In this document: positions 35,190 through 48,900 of the stretch, one piece after another
Position numbering within the stretch: position 1 is the stretch's first letter
Layout: the number at the start of each line of letters is the position of its first letter
Source: Macrostomum lignano
Taxonomy: Eukaryota
NCBI GenBank assembly: GCA_002269645.1
Contig: NIVC01002923.1
Span: forward strand, 1 to 64,000
Direction: 5' to 3'
DNA: 64,000 bases
Program-made: the position numbers and the translations under genes
Notes under the pieces: generated by a model
What the model saw: only the letters and a program-made list of their open reading frames with translations
Database searches by the model: none
Told to the model about the DNA's origin: nothing

Positions 35190-38100
35190 ATGGGCAACGC
35201 CCTCCGCTGCTGGCCATGCCGCTCCAAAGCCAAGCAGGGCCCGGCAACCCGGCTTATAGTGCCAAACTTCAAGTTCGAAGACTGGCCAGATAGCGACAAT
35301 CCTAATAAGCGATTCGCCAACAATTGCATTAAGACTACAAAGTACAGCCTGTTGACTTTTCTGCCATTAAATTTGTGGGAGCAGTTCCACAGGTTCGCCA
35401 ATATTTACTTTGTATTTATTGTGGTGCTAAACTTCATGCCCGAAGTGTCGGCATTCGCCAAAGAGCTGTCGCCCATACCGGTAGTATTCGTGCTGGCTGT
35501 CACAGCCGTCAAAGACGCCTTCGAGAACTACAGGCGCTACCGGTCTGATCAGCGCATCAATCACAGCCGCTGCCAGGTGTACAGGCGCTCTGTGCGCGAC
35601 TACGTGCCAGACGAGTGGCGCCGCCTCTGGCCAGGCGATATTGTAAAGCTGAGAGCTAACGATGTCATACCGGCCGATATTTTGTTGCTGCACAGCTCGG
35701 ATCCGGCTGGCCTGTGCTACATTGAGACCTGCAATATCGATGGCGAGACCAATTTGAAACAGAGACACGTCATGCGCGGCCTGAAGGTGCGTTGTTGGCC
35801 GAGGAGTCGGGAAAGATATGCTTAGTATTGAAATCAATTGGGCTCCGGGTTTTTGCGTCACAAGCTCTAATCAGCAAGATGTTAAAATTTGTATAAAAGT
35901 TCAATCTTGAGAAGAAATTTTAAGCCTGTAAAGTTTCGAATCTGACTATAACTTTGTTTACTATTACTATTTTATTGGAAATAGTTTCCAGTTTTCGATC
36001 TGTGTGTGTGTGCAGTCTGAATCAAAAGTTCAAATGCGGATTGGAAAATCTCACAGGAGGGCCCTGGGGCGAAGCAATTCTGCTCATTCCGCTGACTCCT
36101 GAGTACATGCAAGCGCGCCAATACTGTACGTAAGCACACACAGCTCACACAGGGTGTACAGCGGCCCTGGCCATCGCATGTACACTCTGTACTTTAGGGG
36201 GGTTGGCCCTCACCCTCATGGGTGTGAAGTGTACGACAACCCTTAGTCAATTTTCATGCACAAGCCCCAGTTTATGTCAATGTGGCCGCGCACGGAATCA
36301 AACCAAGGACTACTCAAGTAGGAGGACGCACGGAATCAAACCAAGGACTACTCAAGTAGGAGGATGCACGGAATCAAACCAAGGACTACTCAAGTATGCG
36401 TACATTCCCTGTACCTAAAATCATAAAAATGCGTGGCACAGCTCGACTCTAGTTTCACGAATCTATTTTATCATCTCTTACGCATATTGTTACACAGTCA
36501 GTGAGTCAGTTGAGCCATGTTAACGGTTTTTAGGCACAGGACATGTGCAATTGTACGTAGAATAAAAAATTAGCATAGAACCCTAATTTTCTGAACGAAA
36601 AGCTTTATGAATATCAATACAGCTATAAGAAAGGCACAACATATCAAAAGATGAGCATTGGGTCTGCCTCCTATCGAAAGCAATAACAACTTTTGTGCTG
36701 AAAAATGAAAGCTTCCTATCTCCGTAGTGTATTTTGCGGCGTAAACCAGCCTGGAGCCTCCTTAACATTTTCTAATAAGCTTAGTTTCTCGTCCTCCGAC
36801 TTGAGCAGTCCTTGAATCGAATACTGGGGTCTGGGGCGCGCAAGTCAGAAGCGTTTACCGCTAAACTGGCATGTCCAAATGATTTTGGCAAATAGGTTTG
36901 GTTTATTATTTAAAACGCAAGTTATCCGACGGAATGCTTGGCTCTGTGTGAATTTAGACTTTATTTCAGTTGAATCTTCTAGCACGAACTATTTGCGGTG
37001 TTGCAGCGCTTATTTAATACGTTTAATTGGTTAAGGTGTATTCAATATTGGTGCGTTTTGTAGTTATATCAATTTTATTTCTTTAATTAATAGTCCCAGG
37101 CTGTTACTGCGCAATAGTAAATTATTATTATTTCCTATTTCCAGCCATGTTCACTTGCAACTTTAAGCAATTTAGCTGAATGCAGGTATTGCCGTTGGGT
37201 AAATCTTAAACCATAAATAATGCATTAGATGCCAAATGCATTTTTAACCCTGCAATAATCCACTCTACTAAAATTTAAATTTCTTAACTAAGTAATCTTT
37301 TTTCTTAAATTTACTTAGTAAGAACCGAAAATTCGTAGGATAATAATCCTAGGAATTTTTAAATTGCTACTAGCCTTAATTTTACTCACATTTTGCTACT
37401 TTGTATGAACTTTGCTGTGATTAGCTCAACTTATTTGATTTTTAATACATCAGTAGCTTCTACCCTTGCATCGGTGCAACCTGAGGTCATTGAGCAGCTT
37501 CTACCCTTGCATCGGTGGTGCAACCTGAGGTCATTGAGCAGCTTCTACCCTTGCATCGGTGCAACCTGAGGTCATTGAGCAGCTTCTACCCTTGCATCGG
37601 TGCAACCTGAGGTCATTGAGTGGCTTCTACCCTTGCATTTGTGCAACCTGAGGTCATTGAGCAGCTTCTACCCTTGCATCGGTGGTGCAACCTGAGGTCA
37701 TTGAGCAGCTTCTACCCTTGCATCGGTGCAACCTGAGGTCATTGAGCAGCTTCTACCCTTGCATCGGTGCAACCTGAGGTCATTGAGTCAGTATTCGTGA
37801 GACTATTTTTGTATTTTCAGATGCAAGGGTGATCTTTAAAAAATCACCAATCAGAAGCTTAGTAGTAGCTTTATATTAAAGCTAATCATTTAATTATAAC
37901 TTCTGCATTAAAATGAGTTTTTTTCTAGTTGCTAAAACCAGAGCCTTGTGTTGCTTTGAATCGCTAAAAATGTCGTCCCGGTCCTGTTTTTTTCAGCATT
38001 CACTGGCAGGGGTAAAACTGCTATATTGTTTATCTTGAAGAGTTCAGTTCATTAATTTGCAGTTTACTTTTTACACTGTTTATTTAACGAGAGTTCAATA

Positions 38101-39733
38101 ATTGGAGTTGCACTATTGATGTTTAAAAACGACGGCATTTTATTCTGCCTAGATATGAAAAGTTAGTAAAATTTTGCATGATCGTACGAGCTATGTATCA
38201 TCAGTTACTAAGTTTTTATATTTTTATTACTGACTAATTTTGTGCTCAAAGTTAACTAACGGATTTTCAGATAGAAAAGTTTTTGCTATCAATCGGAGTG
38301 CTATTAGCACCCATAAAGTTCCGCTGTGTTTAATAGAAGGACGAGAAGAACTTCGTTTCTTAGAAAGCCTTTTGTTACTGGAACTCTTTTGTGCCAAAAA
38401 AACGACAAGTTCCTAAATCCGTGGTGGATTTTAGCAACCCCAGTCTCCTGATATGTTCTTAGAAACGAGGTTTACCGTCCTTAAACTACTAAAGTCGTCC
38501 TTGGACCTGCCTCTAGAGCGTGTTCAGTATTTATCTAATAATATACATTTTAAAGGATATAAACAGTACAAATTTCTTAATCCATTTTCAGGAATTCGAC
38601 CCAGAAACTTTTGTACACGACGTTGAAGTTGAGGTGCCGAATACCGAGATTTACAAATTTGACGGCACTGTGTACGTTGACTATCTCTATGAATTATGAC
38701 TGCCAGCTAGTCTTTGTTTCACAGTAGGAATACCAATGCCCTTTTTCCGTACGTCCAACTAGGGGAAATCCCCCTGACAATTTTTTTGCTGCGCCTGAAC
38801 GGAGAAACGCAGGCACACGAAATTCAATACTCACTGATGTCATCTGTTGAAGGTTCCGACAGCGTCGGGATGATACTAGCTGAGGATGTCCAGCAGTTGA
38901 GGCTTGCCCACTGCCGAGGCTTGATCATCGATACTAGAGAAGTTCGCAACCATAGTCACCTGGTGCTATCTGTTGAAGGTCCAGAAGGCCAGTGACCAAC
39001 GAAGTCAGAGCTGATGCAGACCCATGTGATCCATGTGCTGATGAAATTTGGAGGCTTGGCAAGGCTGCACTGAGGGGTGTACTGAATACACTGGCGCTTA
39101 TAGGAAAATCCGACCTTCTGGCAGAATCGTCGAATATCTCGACGGTCCGGAGGGCTGACGACTTGATTCTTCTTAGCCCGTGTTCTTCAATTTCGTGTGC
39201 CTGCGTTGCTTCATTCGGCCCCCCGCCCTTGGTAGTTCTACTGTCAATTAAAAATGTTTCTAAGATTTTTAACCTTCACTTTTACAGGCGCATCCGAGGC
39301 GCCGATGATAACGTTGTCGCCATTCATAAGGAGAATCTCATTCTCAGAGGCTGCACTATTCGCAATACCGATTCCGTTGAGGGCATGGTTATTTATGCTG
39401 GTAAGGCCTGGCTCTGCTTTATAACCTGTGGCTGTTGTGTTTTGCTGACTTTCTGTATGCTAAGTCTTCTGTGTTTTATGTTTTAATAATAAGGTGTAAT
39501 ACTTTATCCTCTGCAGTAAGGTTTTTCAAATTCAAAACTTTATCCAAGGTTTCTTGTTCAAATTTTTCACCGGGGGAGCACTGCAAAAGTTCCTATTGCA
39601 CTTGAAGAGGAGCGTTTTCTGCATGTATTTGTCTGTCTGGATGACTGTATGTCTGTCTGTCTGTCTGTCTGTGTGTCTGTCTGTCTGTGTGTCTGTCTGT
39701 CTGTCTGTCCGTCTGTCTGTGTGTCCGTCTGTA

Positions 39734-39767
<34 letters not shown>

Positions 39768-39830
39768 CCTGCCTGTCTGTCTGTCCGTCTGTCTGTCTGT
39801 CTGTCTGTCTGTCGGTCTGTCTGTCTGTCG

Positions 39831-39900
<70 letters not shown>

Positions 39901-42900
39901 CTGTCTGTCTGTCTGTCTGTCTGTATGCCTCTCCGCTGGTGTAAATTTCATAGCTTGCTATTCAGTTTTAACGTCTGCAGAACATTCAGTGCCAACAGGC
40001 ATCAATGACAGGTTGGCGAATTTATCATTAATAAAAATATTTAATTTAAGTTTCTATTATCTTGCTATTGATAGTGGTAAAATCTGTGATGATTTTGAAG
40101 AAGAGTAAAAGCAAAACCAACACAGAGCCTCTTTAACAAAGGTATTTCTGCTTATTTTTATTGCTCTTTGTCAGTTTCAAGCCCTGTGAGTCTACTAGCC
40201 TTTGACTGTCAAAATGCATCCTTTGGCTTCTGGTCAATTAGTATGCGAAAATTTATTGTATGCAAATTTTCTTTGATGTATTGCAGCAATTTATAGAATA
40301 ACGTATTTAAAGTGCAATCTTCTGTTTGGAATTACGAGTTGATTTAACTATTCTATACTATATATAAGAGCACGTAAAAGTGCAATACGCTAAGTCTGGT
40401 CTCTAATCCTCAAAGCTGGGGCGCTGCCGCATTCCCGGATCCTCTCAGACTAAACCACCGCCACTTTCCCAGATCCTCAGTTACTGAGCCACCGTCACCC
40501 TCACAGATCCTCAGTTGCTGGGCCACTCTCCCAGATCCTCAGTTGCTGGGCCACCGCTACTCTCACAGATCCTCAGTTGCTGGGCCACCGCCACTCTCCC
40601 AGATTCTCAGTTGCTGGGCCACCGTCACCCTCACAGATCCTCAGTTACTGAGTCACCCTCACAGATCCTCAGTTACTGAGTCACCCTCACAGATCCTCAG
40701 TTGCTGGGTCACCCTCACAGATCCTCAGTTGCTGGGCCACCGTCACCCTCACAGATCCTCAGTTGCTGGGTCACCCTCACAGATCCTCAGTTGCTGGGCC
40801 ACTGTCACCCTCACAGATCCTCAGTTGCTGGGCCACCGTCACCCTCACAGATCCTCAGTTGCTGGGTCACCCTCACAGATCCTCAGTTACTGGGTCACCG
40901 CCACTCTCCCAGATCCTCAGTTGCTGGGCCACCGTCACCCTCACAGATCCTCAGTTGCTGGGTCACCGCCACTCTCCCAGATCCTCAGTTGCTGGGCCAC
41001 CGTCACCCTCACAGATCCTCAGTTGCTGGGTCACCCTCACAGATCCTCAGTTACTGAGCCACCCTCACAGATCCTCAGTTGCTGGGCCACCCTCACAGAT
41101 CCTCAGTTACTGAGCCACCCTCACAGATCCTCAGTTGCTGGGCCACCCTCACAGATCCTCAGTTGCTGAGCCACCCTCACAGATCCTCAGTTACTGAGCC
41201 ACCCTCACAGATCCTCAGTTGCTGGGCCACCCTCACAGATCCTCAGTTACTGAGCCACCGTCACCCTCACAGATCCTCAGTTGCTGGGCCACCGCCACTC
41301 TCCCAGATCCTCAGTTACTGGGCCACCGCCACTCTCCCAGATCCTCAGTTGCTGGGCCACCTTCCCAGATCCTCAGTTGCTGGACCACCTTCCCAGATCC
41401 TCAGTTGCTGGACCACCTTCCCAGATCCTCAGTTGCTGGACCACCTTCCCAGATCCTCAGTTGCTGGGCCACCTTCCCAGATCCTCAGTTGCTGGGCCAC
41501 CTTCCCAGATCCTCAGTTGCTGGGCCACCTTCCAAGATCCTCAGTTGCTGGACCACCTTCCCAGATCCTCAGTTGCTGGGCCACTTTCCCAGATCCTCAG
41601 TTGCTGGACCACCTTCCCAGATCCTCAGTTGCTGGGCCACCTTCCAAGATCCTCAGTTGCTGGACCACCTTCCCAGATCCTCAGTTGCTGGGCCACCTTC
41701 CCAGATCCTCAGTTGCTGGGCCACCTTCCAAGATCCTCAGTTGCTGGACCACCTTCCCAGATCCTCAGTTGCTGGACCACCTTCCCAGATCCTCAGTTGC
41801 TGGACCACCTTCCCAGATCCTCAGTTGCTGGACCACCTTCCCAGATCCTCAGTTGCTGGACCACCTTCCCAGATCCTCAGTTGCTGGGCCACCTTCCCAG
41901 ATCCTCAGTTGCTGGGCCACCTTCCCAGATCCTCAGTTGCTGGGCCACCTTCCCAGATCCTCAGTTGCTGGGCCACCTTCCAAGATCCTCAGTTGCTGGA
42001 CCACCTTCCCAGATCCTCAGTTGCTGGGCCACCCTCCCAGATCCTCAGTTGCTGGGCCACCGCCACTCTCCCAGATCCTCAGTTGCTGGGCCACCTTCCA
42101 AGATCCTCAGTTGCTGGGCCACCCTCCCAGATCCTCAGTTGCTGGGCCACCGCCACTCTCCCAGATCCTCAGTTGCTGGGCCACCTTCCAAGATCCTCAG
42201 TTGCTGGGCCACCCTCCCAGATCCTCAGTTGCTGGGCCACCGCCACTCTCCCAGATCCTCAGTTGCTGGGCCACCTTCCAAGATCCTCAGGCCGAGCAGC
42301 CTCACTCCCAGATCCTCAGGCCGAGCAGCCTCACTCCCAGATCCTCAGGCCGAGCAGCCTCACTCCCAGATCCTCAGGCCGAGCAGCCTCACTCCCAGAT
42401 CCTCAGGCCGAGCAGCCTCACTCCCAGATCCTCAGGCCGAGCAGCCTCACTCCCAGATCCTCAGGCCGAGCAGCCTCACTCCCAGATCCTCAGGCCGAGC
42501 AGCCTCACTCCCAGATCCTCAGGCCGAGCAGCCTCACTCCCAGATCCTCAGGCCGAGCAGCCTCACTCCCAGATCCTCAGGCCGAGCAGCCTCACTCCCA
42601 GATCCTCAGGCCGAGCAGCCTCACTCCCAGATCCTCAGGCCGAGCAGCCTCACTCCCAGATCCTCAGGCCGAGCAGCCTCACTCCCAGATCCTCAGGTCG
42701 GCACGTCTGCCACCTCATCATGCTCTTCAACAGTTAAGCTTCCAATTTTGCTAAAGCTCAGTTACAATAAGCTTCAAACAACGCTACCGACCGCAGGCCG
42801 CGAGACCAAAGCAATGATGAACAATCGCGGGCCAAGATTCAAGCGCAGCAAATTGGAGCGCCAGATTAACAAAGATGTAATCTGGTGCGTTATCATACTG

Positions 42901-45900
42901 TTCGTGCTGTGCCTGTTTGGCGCTATTGGTGAGTTTCTTTTGTTCTTTTTTAGTGTTTATGCAAATTCCTTTCCCTTGTAATCTTGGTATTTGAAATCCC
43001 GACCGTTACTAGGCAGCGGCATTTGGCTACACGGATTCGTAAAGCCGGAGAGCGTTATTTTCTTGTCGCTAGGCAACGACACTCGTTCAACGCCGGTTGT
43101 TCAAGCTTTCATTAACTTTTGGACTTATATTATTATACTGCAGGTGAGTTGCGGGTGTTGGTATTTTGCTACAGTCGATATTTCGGATTCTGAGACCGTC
43201 GCTTTTGAGTTCTGAGAAAAGTTCTGAGCTTTTTTACTTCTATTAGTCATCGCCTTTGAATTCTAAGATCGCCGCTTTTGTACTTTTATTTGTCGCTTTT
43301 AAATCCTAAGATTGCCGCTTTTGTAATTTTGTACTTTTCCGCTTGTGATAATTGTGATTGCCTTTTTCTAGACTATCTATCAGACCATCGCCAAATCCCA
43401 CTATGATTCTGCAGGCCATGATTCCGCTGGCTCTGTACGTGACAGTTGAATTTGTGAAGCTTGGCCAGACAGTCTACATCAACAGCGACTTGGACATGTA
43501 CGACCCGGAGCGGGACATGCCGGCCGAGTGTCGGGCTTTGAACATCACGGAAGACCTCGGCCAGATCGAATACGTGTTCACGGATAAGACTGGCACCCTG
43601 ACTGAGAATAAAATGGAATTCAAACGGTGCAGCGTGCTTGGCCACGACTACGAATATTGCCAGACTCCGCCTCGGCCAACCGGTGAGTTTGTGCAGTGAT
43701 CTATGAACAGTATATACATACATAGTACTGCTGGCCCAGTGTTTGTATATTCAAGGTCATTTTTTTATTTCACCTGCCCTAATTGGGCCAGATGTGCAAC
43801 CGACAGCTCAGCCGCAGCTATTTGCGCGGCGCATCTGAAGGCTGCGTACGGCTGTTCAGTCCAAGGACTGGGGGGTCGCCACACACAGCCTCAATTACCC
43901 CAGCTAATGCTGGCACCCATTTTACAGCTGGGTGAACTGAAGCAATGCAGAGTTAAGTCTCTTACTTAAGGACACGAATTGTTCCTAGTGGGTCGAGAAT
44001 CGAACCCCCGACCTTTCAGTCGTGAGTCCGACTCTCTTAACCACATAGGCTACAATCCTCACAGCTATCTTCATCAGTCGAAAAAAATAATTTTGCAACT
44101 TTGCTTACAGATTACTCAAATTTTTAATTTTATAGAAGTCTTGAAATTCCAAGAATCCCTATAATTGTTAGTATTTTACGTTGAATTCAAACAGATCCTG
44201 TGGACACGGTCTGCTTGCACTTGTTGGCAGGGAGAAAATATCGAAACATTCCATCCTTGATGCATGTAGTTGTGAATACCAGTCGCGTTTCAGTAAATAA
44301 AAGTACACAATAACTGACTGATCTCCGTGGCACCCTGAATCGATTCGACATTTTGTTTTGCTGCTCCCATATACGGTTGGCCAATTAGTTGTTTGATCGA
44401 CCCACTCACATCTTTGGTTGGATTCTTGGCTAATTATGACCAAGGCATTGTTAATGTGTGCTTTTTAGTATTCGCCCAGGGTCTGTTTTGTTTTATTGGT
44501 TACCTTTTAAATAACACCGCATATTATTGTGCAGTGTCTGTACGAGAATCCCTATTGTGTGTACTATTGCAGCTAAAGCGGCGGCGCCCGCTCGTGCAAA
44601 TTGTAATTCGCATCAGCAAATGCCAGCGGATAGAAAGTTGACCAAGTTTAATCACTTGTCTCGAAGTATGTTAATAGTCTGGATTGGGTTGTCTTTTATA
44701 TTTCTTAACCACTATATATTTTGTTTACTTTGAGTGTTAGAACTGTGCGTTTTATTATCAAATGGTCAAATTATCAAATTTATAACTTATTTCAATATTG
44801 TTATATTTTATTATTCTAAATGTGGTGAGGCTACGTTTCGGTACCCTTGTGACTTTTTTCAATATTAGAGAGGCCTGGGAAGTAGAGAAGCAGACTCAGG
44901 GACTGCTGAGTGAGCAGAGAGGCAGACTCAGGGACTGAGTGAGCGGATAGGCAGACTCAGGGACTGAGTGAGCGGATAGGCAGACTCAGGGACTGAGTGA
45001 GCGGATAGGCAGACTCAGGGACTGAGTGAGCGGATAGGCAGACTCAGGGACTGAGTGAGCGGATAGGCAGACTCAGGGACTGAGTGAGCGGATAGGCAGA
45101 CTCAGGGACTGAGTGAGTGGATAGGCAGACTCAGGGACTGAGTGAGCGGATAGGCAGACTCAGGGACTGAGTGAGCGGATAGGCAGACTCAGGGACTACT
45201 GAGTGAGCGGATAGGCAGACTCAGGGACTGAGTGAGCGGATTGGCAGACTCAGGGACTGAGTGAGCAGAGAGGCAGACTCAGGGACTGAGTGAGCAGAGA
45301 GGCAGACTCAGGGACTGAGTGAGCAGAGAGGCAGACTCAGGGACTGAGTGAGCAGAGAGGCAGACTCAGGGACTGAGTGAGCGGATAGGCAGACTCAGGG
45401 ACTACTGAGTGAGCGGATAGGCAGACTCAGGGACTACTGAGTGAGCGGATAGGCAGACTCAGGGACTACTGAGTGAGCGGAGAGGCAGACTCAGGGACTG
45501 AGTGAGCGGAGAGGCAGACTCAGGGACTACTGAGTGAGCGGATAGGCAAACTCAGGGACTGAGTGAGCGGATAGGCAAACTCAGGGACTACTGAGTGAGC
45601 AGAGAGGCAGACTCAGGGACTGAGTGAGCGGATAGGCAGACTCAGGGATTGAGTGAGCGAATAGGCAGACTCAGGGACTGAGTGCGCGGATAGGCAGACT
45701 CAGGGACTGAGTGAGCGGATAGGCAGATTCATAGACAAGTAGTACAAATACTTTAACAGGTGAGAGGAAATCTGCACTCTTGACACCTGCTTCTGAACAG
45801 TAAAACTTTATTTACAAACTCAACCCTTCATCAGCTCAGTTAATTACGCTCTAGTCTTTTGAAGCGGACAAATAGTTACTTCTATTTTCTAATGTCGGTT

Positions 45901-48900
45901 TCCTGTGTGGTCATGCGCGCGCACACTTTATGTTGTTGTCAAACATAAATGTATGCTTTAATTAACAGTAAGCGTTAACAGTAAGCTACCTTCACCTGAG
46001 ACAGAGAGAGAGCACTGATGCTATCTTTCTCGTCTGGTATATTTAGAATCGTTAGTATTCTTATGAATTTTTTATTTTGGTATATTTTCTACATTCTGGT
46101 TATTTTACTTTTTTGGTTACTCACAGTAGCAGGAAACGGCGTCGTGCTCCTATATTTTAATATTTACCTTAAAATCAGTGTCTACTTTTATTATTCATCT
46201 GTGGCGAGTGTGTGGTTCTGAAATCGTCTTTATCTGACTGTGTTGTATTGCTTCCTTGATGCATTTCACTGAAATATAATAGATTATAATTATTATTCTT
46301 AATTAGAACTTACATTTTATCGCCAATTATTTAATTTTTCCAGCCGACAGCCAGGCCAGCATTGAGTGCAGGCAGCCGATTCTGGACGGCGGCAATCAGA
46401 AGCGAGACTGTGACTTTGATGTGAGTCATTGTGGCTTTGTGGCTATGTAGCTAATCCCTGTAACCATAAAGATAATCATGCAGCTGATCCCTGTGACCAT
46501 AGAGATAATCATGTAGCTAATTCCTGTGACCATAGAGATAATCATGTAGCTAATCCCTGTGACCATAGAGATAATCATGCAGCTGATCCCTGTGACCATA
46601 GAGATAATCATGCAGCTGATCCCTGTGACCATAGAGATAATCATGCAGCTGATCCCTGTGACCATAGAGATAATCATGCAGCTGATCCCTGTGACCATAG
46701 AGATAATCATGCAGCTGATCCCTTTGACCATAGAGATAATCATGTAGCTAATCCCTGTGACCATAGAGATAATCATGTAGCTAATCCCTGTGACCATAGA
46801 GATAATCATGTAGCTAATCCCTGTGACCATAGAGATAATCATGCAGCTAATCCCTGTGATCATAGAGATAATCATGCAGCTAATCCCTGTGATCATAAAA
46901 ATATATTCCCCCGGACCGCAACACCGCCAGCCGGAGCCGCAGTGTGCGGACGAGACCTGCCAGTCTCCACCGCCGCCGCCGCCAACAACGCTGACCCGCT
47001 CGCCAACCTCCGAGCTCGCCGACGCCCTGGCAGCCCCGGACGGTCCCAGCCTTCGGCGAGTCACTTCGCTGCGTCAACGTCGCCTGCTCGACTTCTTCCT
47101 AGTGATGGCCGTCTGCAACTCTGTGGTTGTGTCGATTGACCAGCCGGCCTCGGAGTCGGCCGCCGATTCCACGGCCACTTCCGCTACTTCAGTTGACAGC
47201 GCCGTCAAACGATGGAAACGCCAGGTTTGGCGCCGAAAAGCGCCGCCGGCTGCGTCGTCGGAATTGTCGGCCTCGGCTGCGGTGGCGGCGTCTGCAGCGC
47301 CGACGCCGTCGTTGACGCCGTCGCCGACCCCGCCAACACCGCTGGTGCTGGAGACCGATCAGCTGTCAGCTGGCACGCCGGAGCCGTGTCGGTACACGGA
47401 CGCCGAGCTGACCAAGGCCTACGTGGCCGAGAGTCCAGACGAAGCCGCCCTGGTCCGGGCCGCGTGCCGCAGCGGCTGCAAGCTGGTGCAGCGGGACGCC
47501 GACTCCTGCCTGGTCTGGCTGCCAGCCGACGGTCACGTCCGCCTGCCGCTGCTCTGCGTTATGCCGTTCGACGCCGACCGGAAGCGGATGTCGGTGCTAG
47601 TGAGGGACCCGGCCACCAACCGGCCAATGCTGCTAACTAAAGGTGCCGATTGCGCTGTGCTGGACCGGCTCCGGCCGTCCGACCCGGCTGATACGGACTC
47701 GGACGCTGACCGGGTGCTGCTGCTCACCCGGCTTCACATGGAACAGTACTCCGTGGCCGGCCTGCGCACCCTGTGTCTGGCTGTCCGCTACCTGGACGAG
47801 GCCGAGTACGCCGATTGGCTGGCCGAGTACACCCTGGCTCAGCGGCGCATCCAGGGCCGGGAGGCCGCGATGGCACGGGCGTTCGACCGGTTAGAGGCCG
47901 GTCTGGAGCTGCTGGGCGCCACCGGCGTCGAGGACCGGCTGCAGGAGGGCGCTGCGGACACCGTGGCCGCGCTGCGAGAGGCCGGCATCAGCGTCTGGGT
48001 GCTCACCGGAGACAAGCAGGAAACTGCCGTGCAGGTGCGAGACCGTCTGGACAGGCATATTGAGTCTTTTGAGTCTGGACAGGCATATTGAGTCTTTTGA
48101 GTCTGGACAGGCATATTGAGTCTTTTGAGCCTGGACAGGCATATTGAGTCTTTTGAGCCTGGGCGGGCATATTGAGTCTTTTGAGCCTGGGCGGGCATAT
48201 TGAGTCTTTTGAGCCTGGGCGGGCATGTTGAGTCTTTGAGTCTAGGCGGGCATTGAGAATTTTGCCCCCCACATAGTCAGCTTAGCCCTGTTTGTACAAG
48301 CTGTATACAGCTCTTGGATACGCCTCGCAGCTGCTGCAGTCAACGGTTTAAATGGTACTGCAGTCAGAGGGGATGTGAATGATACTGCAGTCAGAGGGGA
48401 TGTGAATGATACTGCAGTCAGAGGGGATGTGAATGATACTGCAGTCAGAGGGGATGTGAATGATACTGCAGTCAGAGGGGATGTGAATGATACTGCAGTC
48501 AGAGAGGATGTGAATGATACTGCAGTCAAGGGGATGTGAATGATACTGCAGTCAAGGGGATGTGAATGATACTGCAGTCAGAGGGGATTTGAATGATACT
48601 GCAGTCAGAGGGGATGTGAATGATACTGCAGTCAGAGAGGATGTGAATGATACTGCAGTCAAGGGGATGTGAATGATACTGCAGTCAGAGGGGATGTGAA
48701 TGATACTGCAGTCAAGGGGATGTGAATGATACTGCAGTCAGAGGGGATGTGAATGATACTGCAGTCAAGGGGATGTGAATGATACTGCAGTCAAGGGGAT
48801 GTGAATGATAGTGCAGTCAGTGGGAATGTGAATTTTGCAATCGATACTGTATTGGTATTGTTAAACTGCAGGTATCGCAGATCACTAGGCAGAATTGTGC

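Noticed and set aside
43985-44053. tRNA gene (also 52680-52745 and 60085-60148)
   Set aside because: The tRNA-like heads have imperfect stems and are attached to repeated SINE bodies.
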